44,068 bases of DNA from assembly GCF_001194135.2 (NCBI RefSeq), contig NC_068990.1:39075628-39119695 (forward strand), written 5' to 3'. Shown in pieces: positions 1 to 13,715 of this stretch (within the stretch, counting starts at the first letter, position 1; each line of letters begins with the position of its first letter). A program made the translations under genes and the position numbers. The notes under the pieces were generated by a model. The model did not search any database. It worked only from the letters and a program-made list of their open reading frames with translations, and had not been told where the DNA came from. Source of the DNA: Octopus bimaculoides. Its lineage: Eukaryota.

Positions 1-1415
1 TATATATATGTATGTATGTATGTATGTGACACTCATTGTCCTGCTGCATGCTTCGCTAATCCTAGAAAACTGTCTGCACTACGAATCAGAAAGATAAAAT
101 GCACGACTAAAGTATACCAAAAATAAAGTGATTGCAAAATTGGATGGAAATTAAACAACAACTACAACAATTACAGAAGAAAAAGAAAACAAAAATATGG
201 CGTTAAAACGAAAAAATAACTAAATAAGTAAAACTGCGAAAACAATACAACGCGTACAGAGAAACAGTAATAATAATAATAGTAGCAACAATAATGGCCA
301 AAGAAAAAATGTACAAAAGCGTTTTAAAAGAAAATGGTACAAAAATGAAATAGTAGTGAAACAAGAATGACGAAAATAATACAAAAAAAAATAGATAAAT
401 AAAATAACAAATAGGAGGAAAATATTCAAAATAGAATTTAGTTGATACCTAATGTACAGTTATCCTTTAGAGTTGTATGTTACCCCCGGGGCCATATTAA
501 TAAGAAGGATACGACTATTGTTTTTAGACATGGACACCAGTGAGAAGAAAAGGGAAGAAAAAGTGAAAAAGACATTTCGATAAAAGATACAGTCCATCAA
601 AAAGAAGGGGAAAACTGTCTCTACCGATATATATATGTGTGTGTATGTGTATACACATACGAGCATTTATACATGTATTATGTATGTGCATTTATATGAG
701 TGCGTGTGTGCCTGCATGTATATNNNNNNNNNNNNNNNNNNNNNNNNNNNNNNNNNNNNNNNNNNNNNNNNNNNNNNNNNNNNNNNNNNNNNNNNNNNNN
801 NNNNNNNNNNNNNNNNNNNNNNNNNNNNNNNNNNNNNNNNNNNNNNNNNNNNNNNNNNNNNNNNNNNNNNNNNNNNNNNNNNNNNNNNNNNNNNNNNNNN
901 NNNNNNNNNNNNNATATATATGTATATATATATATATATGTATATATAAATATATTTATACAATGTGTATATGTGTGTGTTTGTGTTTGTGTGTGTGTAT
1001 AATCAGGACACAAATAACTGAGGAAATGGCTTTGAAATTAGGGCAAATGTGTAGTGATAGAATTTAGGAGACCATTTTGTAAGATTCAATGAATGATAAG
1101 AAGACAGCAATATATCTGGGGGTATGTTTATGTGTGTTTGTTTTTTTGAGGAAATGGAAATGACAACAACATAATCAGCATCGACATTATCCTCATCAAT
1201 AAAACAACAAATAAAATAACAACAAAGTAAGCTTGAAGACGAACGCAAAATTACACTAACAAACCATCACTCCACTAAGTGAGTAGAATTGATGGCAATG
1301 AGGTGGGTGAGAGATGACGTAGTTCTGGTGACAATCAATGCCTAAGAGGTGTTTCACACACTATTTCTTAATATCACCTCTATCCATCTCCCCAGCCATT
1401 TCCTTCTTTCTTCTC

Positions 1416-1457
<42 letters not shown>

Positions 1458-1989
1458 NNNNNNNNNNTCTGTCTATCTATGTATCTATCTGTCTGTCTGT
1501 CTATCTATCTATCTATCATTGTGTTTATCCATCTCCTGTTCCCAACGACGCTAGAGATAGGGATTTAATACAATAATCACTATAGCCTTGCAATCACCAT
1601 GCTTGTAGCGTGTATGTGTGTCTATATGTGGGTATTCGTTTGTATGCATGCATGTATGCGCTGAGTGTCAATAGTAAAACGTAAAATGACACTGAGGGGT
1701 GATGGAGGCGTGCTAAAAAGATGGAGAGGAGCAGCGGGAAAAGAAGGGGAAGAGATAGCACGGATAAACATTAAAAAGAAGCACAAATTGACGACTGACT
1801 ATTGAAGCATGAGGACAAGGCGTTGATATATTATGCGTGTGTGCGTGTGTGTGGGGGCGTATATGTGTATGCATTTATTTACGTAGGTATATGTATAACA
1901 TGCAACGCCTTCTCTCTATGACAATTTTCAGTCATTTTCTGCATTTTTACATATTTTTTGTATATATTCTAGAGTAAGACAGTACTTAT

Positions 1990-2970
1990 CACAACTGACC
2001 TTATAAAATTCTCACCAATGTGCAATTTTTCGCAGAAGGTGTCACCTTCTTTAACACAGTGATCTAAATGTCATTGACAGATTTCAAGACAATATTCTTT
2101 TGGGGAGTTTTTTGAGGAGCTATCTGCACAAACTTCTCAAACTCCGAATCAGTTCTGGATGATGTCAGAAGAACCACAAACTAATTTGCTTTTTACTTAC
2201 GATTAATCAATAGTGACCAGAGTGTTCAATAGAAACATAACGAAATCCGCCAATGCTGACGTCATCACAGCAGGTGATCGGACATCGGAAGGACCCCTTC
2301 AGGGCGCATGACCTTTGAGCATCCTCGATAGGATGAAGCTTTTGGAAACAATTCATAACAGTTAACACCTCTTCTTCTATGTTAGTGAAATCATTCAATA
2401 GATTTAAACCCCATATATACCCACTTGTACCCACAAAAACCGATCGTTGAATGCTACTTTTCTTTGGAGCAAAGAAGCAGGTTAGACATGGTTAAAATGA
2501 TAATAGTAAGATATACAGCTCCTTGTACACCGAAGTAGTTGTAGATCTTGCATAATCTAGAAGTGATTCCACTGCACATCACAAACATTGATTTAGCTCA
2601 TGACTGCCACTTCAACATCAGAGTGACTTGCAGTTGGCGATTAGGTGATCTAGCTACCAGCTTCCCTTTAACCTAGTGCATTCGAAAATCAATATTTCAA
2701 TGCTGATATTGTTGTAGAAAATGAAACGGCAAAGCATAAGTATCACCAAATATTTTTTCACATAAGTGTTTCCTAAAGATGTTTACTTTCAATGTCAAAT
2801 CTCAGAAATACGGATGCATTGTAATATTTTGGTATGGAGTTCGACCATCGTTATCTCTAGTATTGATCAGGCTTTTAGGGCGCAACTTCTGATTTGTTTC
2901 ATTTAGTTGTGCTCGCTTCAGGTTCCATTACATCCCTACCATTACAAGAAGTCACGTTGAGAATACTATC
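1990..2970 (-). mobile_element. Decayed L1/Tx1-like LINE, apurinic-endonuclease (APE) domain fossil
   Basis: Manual minus-strand translation across frameshifts gives APE motifs in the expected order: ILNVTSCNGRG (cf. WNVRG, ~2921-2965), L*ET (cf. LQET, ~2765-2782), TTSVY (cf. SVYAP), YIWGLN (cf. GDFN, ~2402-2422), EHSGH (cf. SDH, ~2211-2227). Many stops. Confidence 0.65.
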
Positions 2971-2999
2971 TTGGGCCGCTGGTCCACATCGCTCTGGGT

Positions 3000-3850
3000 G
3001 TGAAGTATTATCTTCTACACTGAGCGATGTGTGGACACAAATGCTGTTGATGAGAGGGTGAGTTATTTTCCGTTCTGGTCATCCTCAGTCTAAGAAGTGG
3101 GCAATATTTAGTAGCAGTGGTTTGCTCTCGTACATAACTGTTGCTGTCCTTAGAATTTGTTTTTTATACTTCATTGTTTTTACTGCATTTTTTACTGCAT
3201 ATTTTTACTTCATTTTTGTTTACTGCATTGTCCCAGTCGTCAGTGGTGCAGACAAAAATGTCGTTGTTCTGTTGTTTATTTTTCTGCAGATATCATTGTC
3301 AAGTTTATACCCATTTCTCTTGTAATTATCAGTGACTATGTAATTGTCAAACGTCCTTATGAAGGTACGATTGCTACCGACAACGTTTGAATCACCTTTG
3401 ATGAGTGTGACCTTCCATACACTCTCTCCAATACGAAGATTGCCACCATCGTTATATGAATCTCTTCATCATCATCATCATCATATTTATCCTCCTCCAC
3501 CTAACACCGCCACCACCACCATTACCATCCCTACTACTGATGCTGCTGCTATTGCTACTACATTAGCCACCACCACCATCACAAAAACAACAAGAACAAT
3601 GAGAACAACAGTATCTACAACGAAGACAAAGTTTGCTAAAACATTTTCGGAAATTTCTAACTGGCAAAGAAAATAAACTCGAAATGACAACAATTCCTCC
3701 TGCACACCCGCCCCACGTAAAAAAGGCGTGAGAACATTAAAGATTTAAAATCTCACTCCTTTCTTCAAATATTCCTCACAAAAACAGACAAAAGAGTATT
3801 TAAAAAGACAAGACACTTCAAAAAAGTAATCCCGAATTTAATAGCAAACC
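3000..3850 (-). mobile_element. Possible ORF1/5' remnant of the Tx1-like element, interrupted by trinucleotide low-complexity sequence
   Basis: Non-repetitive sequence directly 5' (minus strand) of the APE fossil; no diagnostic motif recognised. Confidence 0.25.
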
Positions 3851-3939
3851 TATGTGCAACACTCAAACGTGCCGTGCTACTTGTACATTCGCACTACTAC
3901 TACAAGAACAACAAAAACGACGACGAAAATAACCACTTA

Positions 3940-5030
<1,091 letters not shown>

Positions 5031-5249
5031 TGAAGAGGTTACAGATGTGTGACGAAAATTTTCCAGACAAACGATATAAGATAAAATAAGAACAATGATA
5101 AACAAGTGAAGAACGAACGGATATATAGTGCGTGTATTTTTTGGCAAGAAATATAGTAATATTGTTTGATTCCTTTACCAATAATATTAAACAAAGCTGA
5201 GGAAGAATACAGACCACCCCATATCTTTCCTTTCGATTTTAAGTACGTC

Positions 5250-5860
5250 ATTACACTTATCCATCACCAGTCTTCTACATATTTTAAAGTGGAAGTTCCA
5301 CCGGCGCTTTGCTCGACTGGTAGAAGCCTGACAACATTCCTGATATCTAAGATATTAGTCTTAGTCTAACTCAAGAACCAGGTCTGTCGTTCTGTCAAAG
5401 AGATGTGCTGCACCAAATGATCCTTACATAAGGAAACAACACTTGCTCACTATCCAGAAAACTCTATAGATGAAGCTCTGTCAACGTAAGTCTGCGTAAC
5501 TGCAGCACAAGCTTACTGAGATCTCCTTCTATTGAGAGTTAGCAACAAAACAATCACCTGAAAAGTGAAATGCATCTCTTCAACAGAAAGTGAGAGAATA
5601 AATGTTTAAATCCGATAAAACAGCATCTGGGGCAAGGCACAAAAAGGCTGGCGGTAAATTATGACAGAGGCGATGAAAGCGTTCGCTATCTCTGCTCGGC
5701 TTTTCAAAGATAAGTTTCTTCTCAGTTCGTTGTTGGTGAGGCTGGCCACCATGCCCTCAACTTTGTCCCAGTTTATTTCCACCTTGAATGTTACCTGTTC
5801 ATTTGTCAAGCTGCCCGAGACGATGTTCATCGACTTAGGCTTGCCTTTCCAATTAGCAAG
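5250..5860 (-). mobile_element. Decayed L1/Tx1-like LINE, RT thumb/C-terminal fragment
   Basis: ORF 5606-5830(-) contains INWDKV...RRNLSLKSRAEIANAFIASVIIY, matching the L1/Tx1 'R.LSL.GR...+N..+.S...Y' thumb motif. Confidence 0.65.
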
Positions 5861-5864
5861 CTGG

Positions 5865-6132
5865 TGGTAATGCTGGTGACGATGATGGTACTGATGGCGA
5901 TGAAGATGGTAATGGCGTAGATGATAATGGGCATGATGATATTGATGGTGCTGGAGGTGATAATGGTGGCGGTGGTTAAAATGATGATAATCATAATAGT
6001 AGTGATGAAATTCATAGTAGTGATGATAATGATAGTGATAGAGATAATGACGATGGTGGTGGCAGTGAACGTGATGACGATGATAATGATGATAGTAATA
6101 GTGGTAATGACAATGGTGGTAATAATGAGATG
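5865..6132. repeat. Degenerate GAT/GGT/AAT trinucleotide low-complexity tract
   Basis: Mixed in-phase triplets seen directly. Confidence 0.9.
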
Positions 6133-6284
6133 AAAGCTGTAATGGTGGACGTGTTGAAGTATTTAAGCTTTGGTTTTGATTTCTTTTTTTTAGCTACAAA
6201 TGTAACTTTTGCCTTTATTTTCGTTGTTGTTGCTGCTTTTTATTGTCACAGTTGTTGTTAGTTTTGTTCTTGTTCCAGCAGTTA

Positions 6285-6640
6285 TTATTACCTCCGCAGA
6301 GGTATTGTTTTTAGTCGTGTTTGTTTGTTTCGTTTGTTTGTTTGTCCGTGGACAAGATATCTCAAGAACCGCTGGATGGATTCGGATGAAACTTTCAGAG
6401 ATGTTTGGCCTCGTGACTGGCACGAACTGATTAGATTTGGGGATCGATCAGGTATCGCACAATAATTCTGGGTTATTTTTTACTTAATTTTTATGAGCAG
6501 TCGGGATCATTTTTAGTAATCTCGTTTGTGAGAGCAAACGAGTTTATTTCAGATATTCTCATTTTAAAAATAATCTCTGGTTAATCATTGAGAGGACGTT
6601 GGTATTACATTGGCGGAGATTTGCGCTCTTTGAGTGCTAT
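6285..6640 (+). mobile_element. Non-autonomous Helentron/DINE-1-like element (HINE)
   Basis: 5' TTATTACCTCCGC (to 6297), internal (GTTT)n, 3' subterminal inverted copy GGCGGAG (6612-6618) followed by a short hairpin GCGCTC-TTT-GAGTGC (6623-6637); sits in T-rich/ATT context with no TSD. This is the subTIR + microsatellite + 3' hairpin layout of HINEs. Confidence 0.7.
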
Positions 6641-6675
6641 TATTATTATTATGATTATTATTATTATTATCATCA

Positions 6676-6736
<61 letters not shown>

Positions 6737-6750
6737 GATCATCATCATCA

Positions 6751-6805
<55 letters not shown>

Positions 6806-6818
6806 CATTATTATTATT
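6638..6818. repeat. (ATT)n/(CAT)n microsatellite
   Basis: Seen directly between the HINE and a SINE fragment. Confidence 0.95.
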
Positions 6819-6949
6819 AATTCCGCCGAGGTCGACTTTGTTTTTCATCGATAAATTAAGCACCAGTTGCGTACTGGTGTCGATCTAATCGACTAGCCCC
6901 CTCCCCGCAAAAAAAATCGGGCCTTGTGCCTAGAGTAGAAAAGATTATT
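6819..6949 (+). mobile_element. SINE family A, 3' half
   Basis: AATTCCGCCGAGGTCGACTTTG...TAAGCACCAG...GGCCTTGTGCCTAGAGTAGAAAAGATTATT, colinear with the full copy at 38151-38364. Confidence 0.85.
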
Positions 6950-6978
6950 GTTATTATTGTTGTTGTTGCTGTTAATAC

Positions 6979-6982
<4 letters not shown>

Positions 6983-7056
<74 letters not shown>

Positions 7057-7389
7057 ATTCTGTGGTTTTTATTATTGTTTGTTTTATTGTGTCTTAATCA
7101 GATGTTGCTGTTTGTGACTATTTTATATTTATTCAATGGTGCTGTTGTTAACGTTATTCTTGTTGCTGTCGTTAACTCTGATTCTGCTGCTGTTGGCCAC
7201 AATATTACTCTTGTTGTTATTTAAATTTTTTTATTTTTTTTATTTTCGCGGTTCCTGGGGTAAATGTCACCATTGATATCGACGTTCGTACTGTTGTTGT
7301 TGTTGTTGTTGTTATTATTGTCGTCGTCGTCGTCATCACCAGCATCATCATCACCGCAGCTATTCGTGCTATTTTCGGTGCTTGTCTTT

Positions 7390-7422
<33 letters not shown>

Positions 7423-7722
7423 AGTCTTGTTCTGTTGACAGTGCTCCTGCTGTTGTTGAATTTCTTCCTGCTGTTATCACCATTGTTAATATTGTTGCTG
7501 CTTTTAAAGACGTTGATCCTTTTGTTATCATTGGTGGTTTTGGTGGTAGTGGTGGTGGTGATGATGATGATGATGATGTTGATGATGGTGGTGGTGGTGG
7601 TGGTGGTGGTGGCGGTGGTTTTGGTGGTAGTGGTGGTGGTGATGATTATGATGATGATGATGATGATGGCGATGGTGGTGGTGATGATGATGATGATGTT
7701 CATGATGATGATGATGATGATG
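6983..7722. repeat. (AGT)n array followed by a TTG/TCG/TGG/TGA trinucleotide mosaic
   Basis: Seen directly. Confidence 0.9.
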
Positions 7723-8224
7723 CATAGAAGTTTCTGCGTCTGCTTCTACTGTCCTCCTTCCCGAGCTTTTTTTTTTGCAGTTGTTCCTGCTGTCTCTTCT
7801 TCCGTTAGTGTTACTGTCGCCTGTCCTCATCCTTGTTGTTTTTGTTATTGTTGCTGCTGTCCGATTTCCATCGCTCCTAAGTGCACCGCATCCCTTAAGG
7901 TAGAACAAGAATAAACACCATTTACGGTTGTTAGAATGATGTAAAAATTAAACACAAATATAAATGGTAACAAGTAAAGGACCAGCATGAAAAAATAATT
8001 ACAAAAACAGCATCAACATATACGAAAGCAAAGCAATAAACAGAAATATGTTTTATATAATCTCAATGATCTTCACATGTTTCAGTTACCCTTTCTTTAA
8101 TCCACATTTCATACACACACACACAGACATACTTACACATACTTGTATCTTCATATACACGTATTCACATATGCATGCATCTATACGAGCGTATATATGG
8201 ATCTCCATCATTTTCGATGATGAG

Positions 8225-8305
8225 TGTAACATTGTTTCGATCACTTGATCTGAATACTCAGTGAGTTAACGTGTAAGCGGTTGAGTATTCCAGTGGAAAC
8301 GAAGT
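8225..8305 (-). mobile_element. Short degenerate SINE 3' fragment
   Basis: Reverse complement GGAATACTCAACCGCTTACACGTTAACTCAC resembles a cephalopod SINE tail I recognise from memory; no second copy in this window. Confidence 0.35.
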
Positions 8306-8998
8306 AGAACAATGCTGAACGTTTGGACTTCATGAGTAATCCACTTATATACTAATTCAATATGTAGGTTGTTCATTTGGTCCAGCAAATTGATTTCCTA
8401 TTTGGTAAACCAAATTAGTGTACTTTACCTCTAACTATCTATCTATCTGTCTGTCTGTATGTATGTCTGTCTGTCGGTCTGTCTGTCTGTCTGTCTCCCC
8501 CCCTCTCTCTCTATCTATCTCTGCATATATATAGATTTACACATATATGCATATGTATTCATGCTCACACATACAGAAATAGTAACATCATATATACGCA
8601 TGTGCATATAGATGCACACACATACGCTACAAACACAAATAGCCGGGCAAAATTCTAGTTTTGATGGAATGTTCAAATTTTTATCCTAATCACTCTGTCT
8701 CAGGTAAATTATTATCAGCCTAACTACCTGACTCTTGTGTGAAACACTAGTGTGCTGCTGGTCTAAAATCTCCAAATCATATTGGTTGGCACGTGTGACA
8801 AATTCTATGCACCAACTTGCTTCGTTTCAATCTATATCTCTTCACCGATATTCATCTGTACACCAATGATGCTCTATGTTCGCTGGTATAACTTTTCTTC
8901 TTGTACTGATGTATTGTCCTGTTTTTTTTTCCCCACGTTTTTATGTTTTTGTTCAGTGGGACTATATCAACTGTTTTTGCAATACCAGCAAGTGACGT

Positions 8999-9322
8999 TC
9001 ATCTAATGTTCTTGCTAACTTTGTCGCTGTTGCTGTTGCCACGGCTTATTACTGGTATGACGTAAGCGTCTCCATTAAAGCTCTTACAGTTTGTTGTTGC
9101 AGGGGTAGTAGCAGTGGCATTGAAATCACTCCCCATGTAGCGATGTACCGGGATACGGCTATAATTTTTCTGCCGCTGCCAGCTTCTGTGGAACGTTATC
9201 GCTATTGAGGTTGTTTTTGTTGTTGCTGTTATTGCTACTGTATTACTGTTGTTGATATTGTTAATGTTTCTTTTCTTATTGGTCATTTTCCTGTGGCGGT
9301 GAACTGTGGAAGGAAGCGCTGG
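8999..9322 (-). CDS. Candidate terminal coding exon of unknown protein (weak)
   Basis: 107-codon open frame behind a GTTTGCAG acceptor, ending in TGA; partly Thr/Asn low complexity; no domain recognised. Confidence 0.15.
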   Translation of the reverse strand, partial: PALPSTVHRHRKMTNKKRNINNINNSNTVAITATTKTTSIAITFHRSWQRQKNYSRIPVHRYMGSDFNATATTPATTNCKSFNGDAYVIPVISRGNSNSDKVSKNIR

Positions 9323-9669
9323 CTGCAAACAACTCAGTCATCTTGTAAATTTTCTGCTACCAGCCTCTTTCGTTGGCTGGCCAGCAAGAAGAAAAAAAGA
9401 AAGCCATTTGAGAATTTTGTTTTGATTCGAAATCAAATTTTTTCCCTTCAACATTCTGCCACTTTCGATAAAGAACGAAACTAGTCGAGTACTTGTTTAG
9501 AGTCCCAGTTGGCTCAGTGGTTAGACAAAGCAATAAATTAAACAAGAGTAAAATCTGTGAAAATAGCACAAAAATAACACATAAACTCACGGAGCCTCAC
9601 AGACACCTTTCAGGTCGCGGAAATAACAAAAACAACGAGAACGATAATAACAATTGCAATAACAGTATC

Positions 9670-9704
<35 letters not shown>

Positions 9705-9782
9705 CTCTCGTGATGTNNNNNNNNNNNNNNNNNNNNNNNNNNNNNNNNNNNNNNNNNNNNNNNNNNNNNNNNNNNNNNNNNN

Positions 9783-9813
<31 letters not shown>

Positions 9814-10968
9814 GATGGCTTCACTGGTCAAGACATCGACTTCTAAGTATTTGTACCCGCCAGATTGTAGAGTAATTCTTCATATTAATGTAGTATTGTT
9901 ATTATTACAATAGAACATAAGAACATGCATTAATGTGTGTGTGTGTATTTATGTGTTTGTGTGAAATTAAATACACAACTGACATAGCAACTAATAATTT
10001 CATGCTATTATGATACTTGAACAAGCATATTTATAAAATACTCCATGTAACTTAAAGCAATACTTCGAGCTTTGCGAATTATTTAAAAATCTGACTCAGA
10101 TCTCGTATCTATCTTACATTTGCGATTTTATATTTCTTGAAATATTTGAGAATTCTATGCTATTGATTGTTTGGTTATATAAAATAAAGCCTCTTTCCAA
10201 TACAGACCACTTTTCTCAACATAATTGAAACTTAGAGTAATCAATATAGACCTTTAAAACATAAGCCCTATCACTACACATTTATACAGCTATACGTTAA
10301 CTACAACATAATCCGCATTTAACCTCCACCACACATCGCTCGTTCATCTTCCTAATTCGTACTACGATACACAAGCTCAAAATTTACTTTCTCTACAAAA
10401 CGAGATGAACAAGCAATCAACTCCCGCCTTAATTCCTAAACAAGACAATTCTCAACCAAGTAGCAATTACATTTCTTTTCAAATATTTTATAACTACGAA
10501 AAAGTTCCACGTCTTTTCACTGTCGTCTGACGACGTATAAATAAAGGTGATCTTCGAGTCATGCCAGTGAAAATAGATGAGACTGAACATCGTGTGTATG
10601 TGTGTGTGTTTGTGTGTGTCTGTAAAATATGTATATATGTGTATGATTGTACATATGTATTAATGTATACTAGCACATACTTGTATCAACATATTCTATT
10701 GTATTGCTATTCAAATGAAAAATAAACGAGAAAGGTGACTGACAATCAATAAAAGTAGTTGTTAACAATGAAATTATTTCAACAGAATCAACATTTAAGT
10801 AGCTATTTCTCATTATTTGGTGATAGAGATTTTTGTATAGTGTTTATTGATTCGATCATTTTAAAAACCTAGTTCACAAATTTTCTAAGCCGTATTTTGT
10901 GAGTATGTATGAGTACACGCACAGCTATACACACAGTCGCATATAATATATGTGTATTTTATTAGTAT

Positions 10969-11014
<46 letters not shown>

Positions 11015-11410
11015 GTGTGTGTTTGTGTGTATGTATATGTGGTTTGTGCGTGTGTTTAACTGTACAGATTGCCAACAGAAGTGGACGACAGTGCTCAATA
11101 CTTGGTTTATACTATTCGTTTATTCTTTTATGCCTTACAGCAAAAACGCTGTGGCCATGCTGGTGCAACGCCAGTGTTAACACTTTTTAAATAGCAATTA
11201 TTTTGTGAGTGGCTTTCCGTGAAGGAGGGAATTCTATATTGCTGCCCATTTTGGGGTTTCTTGCCGTAGCATAGGTTAAGAATTAAATGATATATATATA
11301 TATATATATATACAGTATATGTATATACACACACACACAAACACACGTAAATACACTTCTATAGGTATATACATATATACTGAAAGAGATACATATATGT
11401 AAATATATAT

Positions 11411-11445
<35 letters not shown>

Positions 11446-12291
11446 CGTGTGCGTGTGTGTGTGTACATACATAGACACACATATAAATATTCATGTGTCC
11501 CAATGTTCATATACGTATATATGATTCCATGGGAATAGATTTCATAGGAGTTTTATTAAATTTTACTCCAAATCTTTAGGTAATTTATTTGTACATTCTA
11601 ACTACACATTTTTTTGTAATTAGTGTACAAAAGTATGTTTGTATAGATAATTGTTTTTTTTTTTTATCCTTTTCACAATTCTCTTTCAAATTCTATTTAA
11701 TTGTTCATTAGGTATTCACAAATTAATTTCAGTATTTCGCTTCATTATTTTTCTAATGTTTTCAATGTTTTGCCTTTTTTTCTCATCTGTTTCTTTTTTT
11801 ACTCATCTGTTCTTTTTTTTTTATCTTCCTTGAATTTTTACCAATTTTGTCATTGTTAGTTTCCTTTTCTTTCTCAGTAAAAGATATTCATCACAAAGCA
11901 AAAAAGAAAATAATGTAACGTTTTACTTTCCTAATGTTCAAGAACCGATACTAATTTACATTTCTTCATTATATTTCATTGTTTTGTAATGTATTGTCTC
12001 AAATGTTGCTTTCAAAATATTTTTTCAATTAAAAAAACAAACTATTTTAAAAACACCCTTCACCAAGTTCTGTTTTTTCTCTGAATTATTATTAATGGTT
12101 ATTCTAAATTCTTATTTATATAGTATTTCTTTTAAATCTGTAATGATTCTTGACGTGGTTGTTTAATTTTCTTTTGTGTACATACTGCCTTCGTTATCAT
12201 TGTATCAACATTCAGACCTGATCCAAAAGACTTATGGTCAAAAGTTATATCAGCAGTGACTAAGCCGTTTTTGCATTCGGACATAAAATAC

Positions 12292-12392
12292 TTATTCTTT
12301 GTAAGCTTAGTACTTATTCTATCGGTCCTTTTTGTTGAACCACCGTGTTACGGGGACGTAGACACGCCAGCATCGGTTGTCAAACGATGTTG
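12292..12392 (-). mobile_element. SINE family D fragment
   Basis: Reverse complement of CATCG.TTGACAACCGATGCTGG...GTCCCCGTAAC...ACCGATAGAATAAGTACT, matching the copy at 31561-31650. Confidence 0.85.
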
Positions 12393-12399
12393 TCAAACG

Positions 12400-12450
12400 C
12401 AAGGATGAAAGGCAAAGTCGACCTCGGCGGAATTTGAGCAACCATAGAAT
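12400..12450 (-). mobile_element. SINE family A fragment
   Basis: AGGATGAAAGGCAAAGTCGACCTCGGCGGAATTTGA is the reverse complement of the family A core. Confidence 0.85.
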
Positions 12451-12637
12451 ATTGATAAACATATTGCCAAGTAGTCGCCAGTTTCTGGTTGATACTGAAA
12501 CATTTTTGTTATTAATCCAGGCGGGTAAATAAAGAAAGTCAATCATTTCATTATTCAATACTCTGTGAGACACATCACCCATTGATGAATAGATATGTCT
12601 AATTGTAAGACAATAAACTCTAAATAGTACACCTTAC

Positions 12638-12946
12638 GATAAAAAAAAGTCGCCTTTTCAAAGCCTAGCCAGGCTCATGGACCCGGTTTTCCGGTTTCAA
12701 TGGCGTATGTGTTCCCCCCAGCTGGACGGGACGCCAGTCCATCGCAGCGTTACTCAAGAAACAGGAAGGAAGAGTGAGAAATTTGGGGCGAAAGAGTACA
12801 ACAGGGGTCGCCATCAGCCCCTGCCGAGCCTCGTGGGGCTTAGGTATTTTCGCTCAATAAACACTCACATCGCCCGGTCTGGGAATCGAAACCGCGATAC
12901 TCCGACCACGCGTCCGCTGCCCTAACCACTGGGCCATTGCGCCTCC
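12638..12946 (-). mobile_element. Full-length tRNA-derived SINE (family C) with perfect 14-bp target-site duplication
   Basis: A-box TGGCCCAGTGG (12926-12936), B-box GTTTCGATTCC (12882-12892), T-rich 3' tail; TSD ATAGTACACCTTAC at 12624-12637 and 12947-12960. Confidence 0.92.
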
Positions 12947-13026
12947 ATAGTACACCTTACACCATGTCTATATCAACGAATATTTCGTTGAGACTTCTAT
13001 ATACCTTAGTTATATTTAAACTCCAT

Positions 13027-13300
13027 ACCCGCTCCTCATTAAGGAGCGAGTCGTAATGTTGTATAGTTTAATTATCAGATTAAGTGGCTTAGTGTTTACT
13101 TTCATGACTATGTACTATTGTCTTATCGAGGGTCATACCGCTATGCGACGTCTTTGATATGTGTCATTTACTGAAGTGTCCCATTATATTTATCGTGTTG
13201 AATGATACTGGAAAAATGGATAAGCGTAAACTGCACAAAAGCTCTTCCACTAGATTGTATGTGTAAGTTGAGGCGGGGGCACTGCATCACGCTGATTCGG
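13027..13300 (+). mobile_element. Possible second HINE-like element
   Basis: 5' inverted repeat ACCCGCTCCT-catta-AGGAGCGAGT (9/10 match); 3' GGCGGGGG then hairpin GCATCA-CGC-TGATTC (~13271-13298). Confidence 0.3.
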
Positions 13301-13584
13301 CCTTAGAATTACTTTAAAGGTCCATCATCATCAATGCCCTTGTCGTCGTCATAGTTTGTGTTGGTAATCACAGAGGATCGACAAAATAGGCTGACTGTCA
13401 GACTAAATGGTTAGTAGTATGCTAATTACAATTTTCCGAGGTTCTTTTTCCATTTCATTCTTAAAAGGTCGATAAAGTAAATGACTAATTTTGGAGGCGA
13501 TAAATTCGACTGAATCTAACTTAAATTCAACACTTTGTACCTATATTGGAAATAATTTGATAAATAATTCAATTGCGATAACAG

Positions 13585-13715
13585 TAGATTGTATTGGCAG
13601 AATCGTTAAGTAATGAACTTTTATTATATATTCATGGTTCTTTATAATGTAGGTTCAAATCACGATGAAGTAAATTTTGATTTTTCATTATTTCTCTATA
13701 AAGTATCAGTCAATA
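13585..13715 (+). mobile_element. Highly degenerate SINE family A copy
   Basis: TTGGCAGAATCGTTA head and GTTCAAATC...TTTTCAT...TAAAGTATCAG remnants. Confidence 0.45.

Noticed and set aside
9455-9490. GAAACTAGTC palindromic stem III-like motif
   Set aside because: No CUGANGA core upstream.
9510-9525. Isolated Pol III A-box TGGCTCAGTGGTTAGA
   Set aside because: No B-box or SINE body follows.
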